A stretch of DNA of 64,000 nt from the human T2T-CHM13v2.0 reference genome, Homo sapiens. The position numbers and the translations under genes were made by a program. The stretch is taken from NCBI RefSeq assembly GCF_009914755.1, contig NC_060931.1; one strand, given 5' to 3'. The notes under the pieces were generated by a model that was given only the letters and a program-made list of their open reading frames with translations, made no database searches and was not told the origin of the DNA. Below are positions 14,413 to 28,260 of the stretch, one piece after another. Position 1 is the first letter of the stretch, and every line of letters starts with the position of its first letter.

Positions 14413-15918
14413 GTAAGCCGCTTCTAATAACTAAAGAATAGTTATGTTTGTCTAAAGAAGGTTTATGTCCAATAATTTTGTAATATCTAGTGGAACAGAA
14501 AAGATGACCTTAGAGATATCTTTCCTATCCAGGAGCATAGTTACAGCATAAATACACATTAAGTTTTGGAAGTCACTTCTATCACTTTTTCATGAGATTA
14601 TGTTTTGTATATTTTATAGTTTTTGGCTGCCAGGGCCTCTTTGCTATTTTTGATAATTAATCGTTGTTTGTAACTGTTAAAACATCTGAATTTCTTTATT
14701 CTTTTTGAAACACCTCTATGATTTAGAAACAAGAAGCCCAGCGGAAAGTCATGTAGAATGACTGACTATTGGATGTGGAGCACGCAAGCCACAGCTGGGG
14801 CCTGAATCAGGCTGCTCCTCTCTATTCTTAGATCAGTAACTACAGAATTTCCCACTACAGACAGTGCACATATCGACTAGCAAGGCCCCCTGCCCTGCCA
14901 CTCTGCATTTCTCAGCTGTTGAGAGAATCAGGAGGGCCTCCTTTCACTGCAGGGAGAGAGACCATTACCACATTCTGCTTTTGATTTTCAACAGCTGTTT
15001 CTGAGCTACTGCTCCTTTGCTTCCATCTCTTGGATCTCGGTGTAATGTCACGGAGACTGACCACGGAGATTTTTACTAGATTTTTTTCATCAGTTACTTC
15101 TGGCTAGTTAGAACAAATAAGTAGTACCAGTACCTTTTCTGGTCTTCCATGCCAAGCCTCAGAAGCTAAGCATATATGTAAGATTAACCATATTTCTGTT
15201 ATTTCCTATTATGTGGAAGAATGTTTTTAATATTTAAAAGAGTTTTGCTATCAAAAGTTTCTTGTTAAAAGGGGAGTAATTATTCTCTGTGACTATAAAT
15301 TCAATACATCACTGTTTTAACTATTTGCCAAACTCTTTTTCATGAAATAATTTTATAGTAAATTTTGCTAAATTTGCATATTCTATTCCAGGTTTTCAAA
15401 ATGGAACTGTTTCTCTTCTCCCCATATTATCCTTAGGTCTATAAGTGAGTGCCCCTCTCGATGTTTCTGACCCACCCAGCCCCCTCTTCACTGTTATTCA
15501 TAGAAATCTTACAATTATCTTTTTCGAACTCTTATCTAGTTACATCAGTTTACTATACTATGCTTATGACATTGGAAAAATGGAATTATTTCTACCTGAC
15601 AAGTAATTATCTCCACTAAATTACCCAATGTGGGTCATTAGTGCAGTCTTTCCTATCTAAATATGTATGGGTGTTCTAGAATCAGGAGCTACGAAAGAAA
15701 ATTATAGTAAGCAGAATCGAATCATTTTTCTTTGCCTTGTGACCCATTAAAGATGTTTTAGTTTCTTTCATTACTATACTTTTTCCTCTAACTGATTGAA
15801 TGTTGTCCATTTAAATAACTGTTCAGTTGCTTATCCTACTATGCAGTTTATTGTTTCAGATAAGAACTTTCATTTATTGAGTGTATGATATAATCAGAAC
15901 TATTATTTTCTTCTTAAG

Positions 15919-16015
15919 AGAGCTTGATTTCATCAAAAGACAGGAAGCAGAAAGAAAGAAAATAGAAGATTTGGAAAAAGCTCATCTTGTGGAAGTGCAA
16001 GGCCTCCAAGTGCGG
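15919..16015 (+). CDS. PPP1R9A: Neurabin-1 coding exon C (ELDFIKRQEAERKKIEDLEKAHLVEVQGLQVR)
   Basis: ttcttaag|A GAG CTT; 97 nt, phase 2-0 completes the Lys codon of exon B; CGG|gtaagt donor. Confidence 0.95.
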
Positions 16016-16115
16016 GTAAGTTGTGTTCCCTAAGACACTAAATAATAAGATGGTTTTGCTGTACTTGGAGGGGAGCGCTAGTTTAGAGTTTTATAAATGG
16101 ATTTGTTTTTCCTAG

Positions 16116-16287
16116 ATTAGAGATTTGGAAGCTGAGGTATTCAGGCTACTGAAGCAAAATGGGACTCAAGTTAACAATAATAACAACATCTTTGAGAGAA
16201 GAACATCTCTTGGTGAAGTCTCTAAAGGGGATACCATGGAGAACTTGGATGGCAAGCAGACATCTTGCCAAGATGGCCTAAGTCAAG
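16116..16287 (+). CDS. PPP1R9A: Neurabin-1 coding exon D (IRDLEAEVFRLLKQNG...SCQDGLSQ)
   Basis: tttcctag|ATT after a 100-nt intron; 172 nt, phase 0-1; weak donor AAG|gtttgt. Confidence 0.95.
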
Positions 16288-16624
16288 GTTTGTTTAACCC
16301 AACCACAAAAATCATTTTTGATGACTGTGTAATTTGGCCTTTTATTTTTCTTTTTCTGACCCAGAGATTTAAAAGTTGGAAATACCTTCCTACTATGGGA
16401 AAGAAGAAAAGGCTTATCAAAATAGGAGTCAATCATTTTAGCTCTCGTCTTATCAAAAATAAATACTTTAATATGTAGCATTAACAAATCACAACTAAAG
16501 ATAAGCCAAATACTATTTTAAAATCATCATACAATTGACAGATTTAATAAACTGCCTTACAAATTGTAGTTCATCCTATCTAGGATGAACTACACTACTT
16601 ATGTGTTAATGACTAAGGTTTAGA

Positions 16625-16923
<299 letters not shown>

Positions 16924-19900
16924 AAGCTTTAGAATGTTTAAGTCACTAGAATAAAGATCTTTTTCATAATATCAGAAGGCAGACTGCTGCTTTCAGCACT
17001 TGAGATTCATGTAGTTAACGAAGTCCATATAGTTTTGTGCTTTTACCATGGTGTACTGTGTATACTTCTTAGGTCTTTCATGTCAAAGACCAAGTAAGAC
17101 CAAAACACTGGAAACATTTGGTATTATAAATGATTATCTTCATTCATACACCAACCATAAATAAATTACTTATGTTCTTACACACACAACATTCTTAGAT
17201 TGCACGTGTATGAACATGAATGACTGTTTTAATATCTGTGGTATATTTGCAAATTAGAAAACACATAATAATTATAAAGATAAATACACAGGAATGTGTG
17301 GCTTCATCTTTTTAAATATATACATAGTAGTCCCTGGAAAATGAAAATAAAAGAATGTGGTGCAGCAGGGTTGTCATGACAGGACCGACAACTCAGAGGC
17401 AACACTTTGACGTGCAGTAAAACCCTGTTATAATGGGCTTTTTAGTTTTTTCGTGATCTTTCTCACATATTAAACTGTCTCCAGTGAAGTTTTCCTGATA
17501 AGCAAGTGTTTATATCCTATCATGAACTTTTAGAACTAAGCTCTTAGCCATTAAAAATGGAAAGGATTAGAAATCTTCATTTAAAATTAAAATGATATCT
17601 AGAGATTTGAATCCATTCACTGGGTTTATATCCTTCTAATGGGTTTTCCCTAAATAGGATGTAATTTATAAATAGTGCCTCTTAGGCAGCTGAAAGAGGA
17701 GGATTTAGCATTAGCATTACGACTAAGTGAGGAGCTGTGTGACTTCAGGAAGAGTATTTAGCTTCTCTGGGTTGATATTACTGTGCATATTATTTTAAAA
17801 GTAGTATTTCCTTCTTCACCACTTTAAGGCCTGTTTTGAAACTATATGGTTTAGTCTTTGAAGCCAAAAAAGTAATTTATTTGAGCTCTTATGGAATTAT
17901 AATTTTTATACCTGGAACACTATAAGATTGATATCTAAAGAAAAACATCAGGAATCAAACCAAATTTTTTACCTTTTTGAATATTTTAATTTTTAAAAAA
18001 TTATAGTTTATATATAATAAATACATATTCCTGCTGTGGCATACTCAAAGTATGAGCAGTATCTAGTAGCTTTTCATTTCTATTCATTTCTTTCAGTTTA
18101 GAAATCTGTATCTTTTCAAACATATAATTAATGGTGTTTATTAAATTATATGACTACAGAAGATCAACACACTATACTATTAACATGCTGATTTGGATCA
18201 AAACCTTACATTTCATCTGAACCCTTTTTCTATTCTACACCCTCCATTTTGCCACATAATTATCAGTTTCCCTAGCAACACTGTTGGTTCACAGTGAGAT
18301 GTGGAGACTACTAATTCTTACTGAAGCCAATCCATGCTTGTGCAGTAGAGGTAGAATCAGTCATCTCAGACATTAGTAGCATACATATCAAGTGCTCTTC
18401 CAGTTTTGCTGTGAGGACAGTCAGTGATAAATCTCTTTGAATTTCAGTTGCTTGATCACATAAACTAAAATGGCGTGGTCAGTAGCTAGATAGGAATGCT
18501 CTGGAAAGCACTTTTCTAAATTGATCCCTTGCTTCTGTTGCTAGGGAATGCTGAAATACTAGAGGTTTAGAAAGGAAAGTAAGGCTGCAGACCTAACATA
18601 GGCCATTCCACATTTAAAAATCCACCACCAACGTTTTGTACCAGGAGAGGTATAGCACTTCCAGTAGTTCCCAAAGTTCCTAGATGCAAGTGTTATCCTC
18701 CCGACCTTCTACTGACTGTCCAATTCTGATTTGCTTTTCAGGCACTGGAGTGGTAGGATGAGTGGTTTAGCATGTTTTTAGGCATTGAGGTAGCTCATGA
18801 AGCAAAAGAATGATCAAGTGTAGGTCAATGAAAATGGTCAGAATGAAATAGTAAAAGGAAGGGAAGGCAAGCTAAGGAGGAAGAAAGGAAGAGCCTCTGA
18901 GCAGCCGTTTCTTCATGTGTACTCATGCTCTTCCAAAATGATGTGACTCTTAATATTGAATTATAAATTTTTGAGGAGTAAAACCTTTTTCCAAACCATA
19001 CAGAAATTTAGCACAAATTTAAAATTACGTTTGACCACCATTTGTATGTTTCTCACTAAAACCTAAGCCAACTCAAGTATTATTAAAATTTTGATAACAA
19101 TCATCAGTACAAATTTGTTATTTAATATATTGTAACACTTTTTTCTTATCATGATTACATAAAGCAGACGTAACAAATTTTTTTCCACCAAGAGCCATAA
19201 CAGACCCCAAATCCATTCTAGTTTATATCAATGTGCTGGTCAAGTATTTTCCTTGTGTTCCAGGAAAGGAAAAATGATAATTATGCCCTGCTGCTATGTT
19301 TCATGCTTGTCATTTCTTAGTGCCTAAATAATGCCAGGATTAGGATAAAAACAGAGAATAGGTATGTTAGAGTGATCTTGGTAGGCTAAAAGCTTGTAAT
19401 ATTAGTTTTATTGGATTTCCTAGAAAAGTCACAGAAGCAATACATTCTGAGCTTCTAGATATTCCAGGATCCTTATGTTGATACCATTTGCTGCTTCAAA
19501 TATTTTGAAGGCTGGTTTGCTAAAGGATTGTGCATATCCCATAGAGATACTGAAAGAAAGACTAGGGCCAGTAGGTGGAAGTTACCTATGAAGGCATATT
19601 TCTGACTATTCTACCGTGAGAGATCAGGAGTAAGTGTGATATCATTTAAAAAATTATTTTGAACACCGAAAACCTGCTTCCAGGCAGGCCTTAGGTGGTA
19701 CACTGACTTGTAAGAGAAAGTGGCTACTAGGCAGAAAGAAAGTACTAGGTCCTGCCGATTATACTGCAAGGTATATGATTTGTGGGATCAAGAATGAAAG
19801 AGGAAAAGTTTGGTAGGAGACAAATAAATAGAATTTAAGGCACTATGTAAGCATCTCAAAAGATGAGAGGGAATTCAAAGAAGAGAAAATTGAATAACAT

Positions 19901-20312
19901 TAGCATAATTTTTTTTCTGATTCATGGTCTTTATGTTGAAAAGGTAGAGCCATTTGAAATGACATAGTGTGTTCTTGGAGTAGAAGTGGGCTTTGACTGC
20001 AGAAGGGTTTGTACATAATCTTGTAAGCATTGTGACCCATTCACAGTTTTGAAGCATAACAGGAACTTAGTCACTTGTAGGTTTGTAAATGTGATTCAAG
20101 GATTTCTGTGAAATTTGAATATTGCTACCAAGTGCTGCTTCATTTCATTTTCACACCTACCTACTCAGTGAGTGGACCACCAGTTAGGTAATACTGCATG
20201 TTATCTTCCCAAAAGTGTGAACAAGGAGGGTTATATAAGGCATTTTATACTTTGTTCCCTTAGTTACTTACTGTTCCTTAGCTCTAATGAGAACTGAGCA
20301 AGAAAAAAATAT

Positions 20313-20360
20313 ACTCCAGCCTGAGTGATAGAGCAAGATCCTGTCTCAAAAAAAAAAAAA
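20313..20360 (+). mobile_element. Alu 3'-end fragment
   Basis: actccagcctgagtgatagagcaagatcctgtctc + A13. Confidence 0.8.
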
Positions 20361-21239
20361 GTGACATTGAAAGCTATTAAATATCCTGTTAATATTAGCA
20401 ACCTGAATCCAGAAATGTAATTAAAATATATATGACTAACTTGAGTCTATGTAAACAACACAAAATTGTTTTAACATTAGAAAACCTACTCATATAAAAT
20501 CAACACATTAACTAGAGGAAAAATACATATAATTATTTCAATGAATGAAGACAAACATTTAATGAAGTTTAATACCTTTTCAAGTTTAAAAGTTTTATCA
20601 AACTAAAAATATGGAGGAACTTCCATAACTTGATATTGTGAGGCTAACAAAAGTCTCTGTCACACATTATATGAAGTGGAAAAATGTTATACTCCAAGAA
20701 TTTCCTTTAAAATTAAGAATGCTTTTAATATTTCATCACTAAGTGTATTACTACTGCTTCTATTCAGTGTTGTCCTAGAGGTCCTAGTAAGTACTACCAG
20801 ATAAGCAAAAGAAATCAAAAATTTAAGGAGTGAAAATAATCAAAATTTTCATTATTCACTCATAATAAAATTGAATACATTAAAAAACTCGAGTCTTCTG
20901 ATTATTAGATGTTATAAGAATTAACAGGGTAGATGGATTTAAGAAGCATCAGACATCAATCATTTCCAACAAACAAAATGTAATTTTCTAAAATATGCCA
21001 TAAAAATAGCAAAAACTATGTATAAGGTAGTCAGTGATGAATTTAACAAAAGATCTCAAGACCCATGGAAAGACATGAAAGAAGACTTACATAAATTGAA
21101 AGAGAAAGGAAGCCTCAATATTATAAAAATGCTTTTTATGCAAAATTAATCTATATATCCCATGCAGTTTTAATTAGAATTCAAACAAGGCTTTTAACTT
21201 CTTTAGAATTTGGTAAGTTGTTTCTAAAATATATATGGA

Positions 21240-21298
21240 TGAATTGCTTGGCCCAGAATAGGGCCAAGGTGAATTGCTTGGCCCAGAATAGGGCCAGG
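21240..21298. repeat. 30-nt tandem duplication
   Basis: tgaattgcttggcccagaatagggcca twice (27 nt exact). Confidence 0.95.
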
Positions 21299-21670
21299 TT
21301 CTCCTGAGGAAGAACAAGGTGAGGAACTTGTTCTTCTAGATACTGAGATTCATTATGAAGTAAAAGTGATTAAGACCACGTGATATAGTCCCAGCAATTG
21401 TCAAGTGGTCTAATATGCAGAATACAGAGTCCAGAAGCAGACTGACACATTTATGTCAGTTTGAGAATAATACAGAGCAGACACTGCAGTTCTGTGGGTA
21501 AAGGATGGACTAATAAATGGTGCTAGGAAAATTGACCATCCATATGGAAAAAATGAATTGGATTCTACCTCACATTATTCATGAAATAAGTTCCAAATGG
21601 ATTACAGTCTCAAATTTGAAAGACGATACTTAACACTCTTAGAAGAAAATGTGGGATTTCATATGATTTC

Positions 21671-22633
21671 TTTTTTTTTTTATTATTATGCTTTAAGTTT
21701 TAGGGTACATGTGCACAATGTGCAGGTTTGTTACATATGTATACATGTGCCATGTTGGTGTGCTGCACCCATTAACTCGTCATTTAACATTAGGTATATC
21801 TCCTAATGCTATCCCTCCCTGCTCCCCCCACCCCACAACAGGCCCCTATGTGTGATGTTCCCCTTCCTGTGTCCATGTGTTCTCACTGTTCAATTCTCAC
21901 CTATGAGTGAGAACATGCGGTGTTTGGTTTTTTGTCCTTGCCATAGTTTGCTGAGAATGATGGTTTCCAGCTTCATCCATGTCCCTGCAAAGGACATGAA
22001 CTCATCATTTTTTATGGCTGCATAGTATTCCCTGGTGTATATGTGCCACATTTTCTTAATCCACTCTATCATTGTTGGACATTTGGGTTGGTTCCAAGTC
22101 TTTGCTATTGTGAATAGTGCTGCAATAAACATATGTGTGCATGTGTCTTAATAGCAGCATGATTTATAATCCTTTGGGTATATACCCAGTAATGGGATGG
22201 CTGGGTCAAATGGTATTTCTAGTTCTAGATCCCTGAGGAATCGCCACACTGACTTCCACAATGGTTGAACTAGTTTACAGTCCCACCAACAGTGTAAAAG
22301 TGTTCCTATTTCTCCACATCCTCTCCAGCACCTGTTGTTTCCTGACTTTTTAATGATCACCATTCTAACTGGTGTGAGATGGTACCTCATTGTGGTTTTG
22401 ATTTGCATTTCTCTGATGGCCAGTGATGATGAGCATTTTTTCATGTGTCTTTTGGCTGCATAAATGTCTTCTTTTGAGAAGTGTCTGTTCATATCCTTCG
22501 CCCACTTTTTGATGAGGTTGTTTGTTTTTTTCTTGTAAATTTGTTTGAGTTCATTGTAGATTCTGGATATTAGCCCTTTGTCAGATGAGTAGATTGCAAA
22601 AATTTTCTTCCATTCTGTAGGTTGCCTGTTCAC
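21671..22633 (-). mobile_element. 5'-truncated L1PA (PA3/PA4-like): ORF2 C-terminus, 3'UTR and tail
   Basis: ORFs 22148..22633 and 21890..22132 encode the L1 ORF2p C-terminus, split by an in-frame TAA; GAG (non-Ta) 3'UTR diagnostic. Confidence 0.95.
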
Positions 22634-24518
22634 AAAAATTCCAAATCGTAAAAAGGTTGGATGAATTTGACCACAGTAATATTAAGAAAATCTGATCATT
22701 AAAAGACATTATAAAGTAAATGGAAAGAGAAACCGAAAGTTGAAGAGGGTATTTGTAGCACGTATAACTAAGAAAAAAATATTGTTGTCCACAATAAATT
22801 AAGAACTCACATAAATCATAAGAAAAACACAACCAACATAGTAGAAAAATGGGCAAAACGCATAAGAAGTTCACAAAAGCAGGAACCTAAACATTAGTAA
22901 ACATAGACATTCAACTTCACTGGCAAAAATCAAACAATTGGCAAAGATAAAGTGTCACAGTAAAATGTGATAGCCAGCACATGGAAAAACAGGAAAATTC
23001 ATAAAACTGTTTCATTAAAATAATTTGGCATTATCCATTAAAATAGAAGATGTGAAAATCCTATGGCCCGACAAATTTACTTCGATGTGTATATATATCC
23101 TCCAGAAACTCTTGTCAGTGTATACCAAAAGGCATATTCAAAAACATTCCATGTAGCATTGTTTGTATAGCTGCAGTAAAAAGTTAATTAATTTTAGTTA
23201 CACCTTTCAACATAATGTTAAACAAACCAGCTAACTAAAAAACAATTTGCAGAATATTATATACAATTCACTACCACGCATCTGAAGTTTAAAAGCAAGA
23301 AAGACTAATCAATATATTCTTTAGGGATAAATTTATGGAATAACTAGAAGAAAATACAGGGGTTACAACTAGAAATAGAGAACAGAGAGGGCTTCAAAAG
23401 TAATAATTTTATAGTTTAGGCTTGATGGAGGTACATGGTTGTCTTTTTTTTTTTCTTTCTTCATATGAGTTACATATATGGTATACATTTTTATATAAAT
23501 GTTTTAGACTAGAAACTTTAAAATAATTAAAAGGTAAGAATAAGAAAACCACAAAAGAGTTTTTAAGCTAAAAAATATATATTAGTTTAAGGTTTAGTAA
23601 GAAAATAAAAAAGGATAGCATCAGCCAGACATTTATATCCATAAGGGTGCTCCTAAGGTCATTGGACTCCTCCAAGAAATCATTTCCTTTGTCCTTTTTG
23701 CCTTTCTCTTGAGCCCTCAAAATCAGCAGCTCTTTTCAGATACCTGTGGGTTTGAGGCCAGGCCAGACCCCTACCACCATATCTGATTTATTTCCTGATA
23801 GAGTTTGAGAGTACATTAAGCATTCTCTTTTAGCATAGGAACCTAGAATTTTAAAATAAGGTTAAAGGCATGATTAAAGCCAGAATTTATTAGATGGAAA
23901 GTCATTAAAAGAAAAGTGAATGCTTGCACTGCATTATCAGGAGAGTCTCATACAAGAGCATTAGATACAGAGCAATGAGGTAATTATTTCATGCTGTCAC
24001 ACTGTTTAGTTCTAAATTGGAGCCTAGGGAATTCTAGAGTAGATTCAGCCTTTTTAAAAATATATATATATTTTTTGCATACAGATATAATGTAAACTTT
24101 CACAATTTTCATTTTTCCTGAAAACTTATTTTCAATTTTGTTTAATCCCCAATAAATAATTTTGACCATGAAATATTGAATTGCACTAATAATTAAAGGG
24201 TGAACATTCCTGGTAAATCACTATGGGAAATTTTAATGAACAAGCCAAGTGAATGAGAAATCAATATTTATTGATTATTTTCTGGTGTATCATTAAGGCC
24301 AAAATCTGTCCTCTTACTTAAAAAGCAAAGCACCTAAATTGCCTGTCTAGTTTTGTGCAAGTTTTGAATCTGACTACTTGTAAACTATTAAAACTTTTGT
24401 TGCCAAATCAGTGAGACATTCTAAAGGAGGTATTCAGTTGCAAATTGACAGCTCTGCTTCATTCATATTTCTCACTGCATCTTCATAAGTTCGTAGAATC
24501 CACCAGACCCTTCAGTCA

Positions 24519-24850
<332 letters not shown>

Positions 24851-27570
24851 GTTGCTTCAAGAGGAAACACAATGTTACTTTGTCAGAATGAGCTTTAACT
24901 TAGTAATTTTCTGTTCATTTTAGGAAAAGTGGGCTACTTTGTTTTGGCTTTTGAATTTTACTTGCTTTTAATAGAACAAGATACATTATGATCTTTTATA
25001 AGTAAAGATCATTTTAACCCAAATGTGAGTAATTTCTTTTCAAGGAAACTTCAGAAGACTACTGTATTCCAAATTATTTCTTATATTGATATATGGTCTG
25101 ATTCACCATGATATATACATATTATGGTCTGGTTCACCTGGTTCACCATGAAATTCTAATTATAGATTAAATAATAACCATATAGCTATGCTAAGATAAA
25201 ATTGACTAGGCTAGGATATCAGGGTAGAGGGATCTAAAAGTATGAAGGAGAAGATGCTACCCAGTGTGGTTTGTATATGAAGTGTTGCCCTGGGCTCCTA
25301 CATTGTTTTCAAGGTGGGTCACAGTGTTCACGTAAGATATCTAATAGCCAAGAGGGAAACATGACCAGTCACAGAGGTTGAAGCATCTGTAAAGTTAAAA
25401 CTGAACAGATGAACAGTTATTTAGTACCAGAAAATTCTGCTCTGTGTATGGTTCTGAAAATTGTGCCAACCATATTATTTCAGCAATTAGAGTATCAGGT
25501 CCATCAGGTTATGACTGAGTTCCTTTAAGTAGACATGAAATAATTCTGTTTTAATACTATACAGTAATCATGTCTAAGACTTATAAGGAATAAATCCACT
25601 TACAAGGAAACTAAAGAAACATTAGAACATAGGTATACCAAAAAACACTGTTGCTTGTGAGTTTTTGATGACACTAAGGGTTTTTTTTTGAACATTGAAA
25701 AGGTCATTCAGGTATTAATTTTTGGTTTTAAGTTAATGTTTGATTTACTCAAGTGACATTATCAAAAACCTAATTCTTTAAATCTTTTAATTTGTTGAAA
25801 GTCACTGTTGAGGGATTTTTATTATTTATTTACAAACTTTATTACAAACTATTTCCAAGCTTAACTAATGAAACACCTATAAAAATTTAACGATACATTT
25901 ACAAATTTGATATATTCCATTTTCTATTAAAGTACTATTAAGTACTATTACTAGGAGACTGACAGTCTTTGCAAGTACTTAAAAAATTCTTATACATCTA
26001 TTATATTACACTTCCAAGGATTGTGAACCTTCAGTTTTCTTACATTTTCTAATGCTTTACATAACAAAATCTTCCCATGATTGAAAGATGCTTTCCTTTT
26101 TAGGGAAATAACTATCATCTCAGGTAACTGAGTTTACTTTCTGTAAGAGGCCTACAATCTGAATTCTTCCTGTACTAATCAAGGATGCTATTGTATCACA
26201 ATATGTAATGGGAGGGTGTCTACTTAGCATGCTTGGGGTTACCTAATATCCATAGATTTTGATTGAGAAACTGATTAGATTCTTGTAGGCAACCCTGAGT
26301 GAAAACACAGAATCTTGCTTATTGTTGCCATGTCAAAGACACTACAATATCAATGTCAAGAAAAAGACATTCACATATCCTAGCTCCCATGACCCAGCTT
26401 ATCCACATGATGTCATAGTTCTACTCATAGATGCCTGCAGTCCCCAACTAGTTTGTCATTTGATTACATTTTTGTATTTCCCTGGCTTTTAGGTTATGCA
26501 GATCTCTTTTCCATCAGAATCTAAAGACATCTGACACTGAAAGAACCCTGAGATATTTAAATGCCTTTCCCTGTGGTCTAAATCTAAATTCCATATCCTT
26601 TCATAGTCTAGAATCAAGCAACTCTTACAAGTGTTTCAAATGATATTTGATAGCAGTTAGGACATTTCCTATAGTTTTTTCTGACTGGTAGTCACTGCCT
26701 TTCCAGGTAGTCTAGCGGTATTACTGAAGAGTTGTTTCTGAGATATGGATAACAGAATTTAAGCCTCTCTGTCCACTGAGAACAGGAGTGTAGGCTGATC
26801 ATAAACTGAAGAAGGGTATATTAGATATCAGATTGCACCAGAGAAGCACTACACTAACAAATAACCAACTTACATTTTGAAGGCTATACAGATAGTTTTG
26901 AGATTGCATGTATTGACAAAAAAACTGAAAAAGGGATTTCTTAATATTCTTTCAATGATTAGCAAATTAAATGTATAGCTCATACAACAAAAGTTCAGAC
27001 CTAGTTAGAAGATTAGAAAATAGCAATAATCTTCTGCTTGTTCTGGAACTGTTGAAAGATACCCTTCCTCCATAACCGTGTCTAATTCAGTACATCTTCC
27101 CCATACAATACTAAAATGAAGTAATAACTGAAAGCTAAGCCATAGACCTTAGGCCAAATTATCTGGCAGTTAGTAAGGTAGCAAGCCAGGCAGACAATCA
27201 CCACAGATGTAATGAAAGAGCAGCCTTCTCTCATGGGGAAGACTGATAGTCATGCAGATTTTGACAAAGTTCCCTGGGCTTATATCAACATGTGGAGATA
27301 CTGAGTCCTAGGACACCAGATCTAATTAAATTAAAATAGAATTAAGGTGCCTTTAAGAGAAAATATACTAAATATATGTTTTTCTCTATTTTTATTCATT
27401 TTAACTACGCAAGTAATACATAAATGTAAACAATTACATAATACAAAATATAATACCAAATTTTTAAACATTGCAAATAAGATTAAAGTACCCTTTGACC
27501 AACATCTCCTAATCTAATACCTTCTTTGTAAGTAAGCACTATATCAGTAGGAAGTATATCTTTCCAGTTT

Positions 27571-27870
27571 GTTGTTGTTGTTGCTGTTGTTGTTGTTGTT
27601 GTTGTTTTGAGACGGAGTCTTGCTCTGTCACCCATGCTGGAGTGCAGTGGCCCGATCTTGGCTCACTGCAACCTGCCTCCTGAGTTCAAGTGATTCACCT
27701 GCCTGAGTAGCTGGGATTACAGGTGCACGCCATCACACCTGGCTAATTTTTGTATTTTTAGTAGAGACAGGGTTTCACCATGTTGTTGAACTCCTGACCT
27801 CATGATCTGCCCACCTCGGCCTCCCAAAGTGCTGAGATTACAGGCATGGCATGAGCCACTGTACCCGGCC
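27571..27870 (-). mobile_element. Alu with (GTT)n-converted tail and internal microdeletions
   Basis: TSD tctttccagttt at 27559-27570 and 27871-27882. Confidence 0.93.
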
Positions 27871-28019
27871 TCTTTCCAGTTTTTCTATGCAACTATATGC
27901 ATATGTTTACCACTAGAAAATGTATTTTGTGTTAATGTTTTCTAAATATTTTAAATGAGTGTACATGTTATTCTGCAACTTGCTTTACCCACTTAACATC
28001 TTGCTAATCTCTTTATAAA

Positions 28020-28260
28020 GATATTTATTGAGTGCTTATTACATACCACTCTTCTAAGCACTTTTATATCTATTAATGCATATATAATCTTCATAGCAAT
28101 ACAGTTATTATGTTTTGTTATCATGACTGTTTTGCAATTGAGGATCCTGAGGGACAGAGGTTAGATAAATTGCCCAATTTAATGGGACAGCCGCTTGTTC
28201 TGAATTCTATTCAAGGAACAACTCCAGGTCTACTCTCATGGTAACTGTTTTACACTGCCT
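28020..28260 (-). mobile_element. MIR
   Basis: tttattgagtgcttatt...gaggatcctgagggacagaggttagataaattgccc. Confidence 0.65.

Larger units (their letters stand above)
20380..23530 (+). mobile_element. Ancient L1 (L1M/ME-type) ORF2 3' region and UTR, interrupted by L1PA
   Basis: A-rich degenerate ORF2 landmarks (ctattcagtgttgtcctagaggtcctag; aataaatggtgctagg; gaaaaatgggcaaa). Confidence 0.75.

Noticed and set aside
21890-22633. L1 ORF2 peptides as an active gene
   Set aside because: 5'-truncated ~960-bp copy with an in-frame stop and no promoter.
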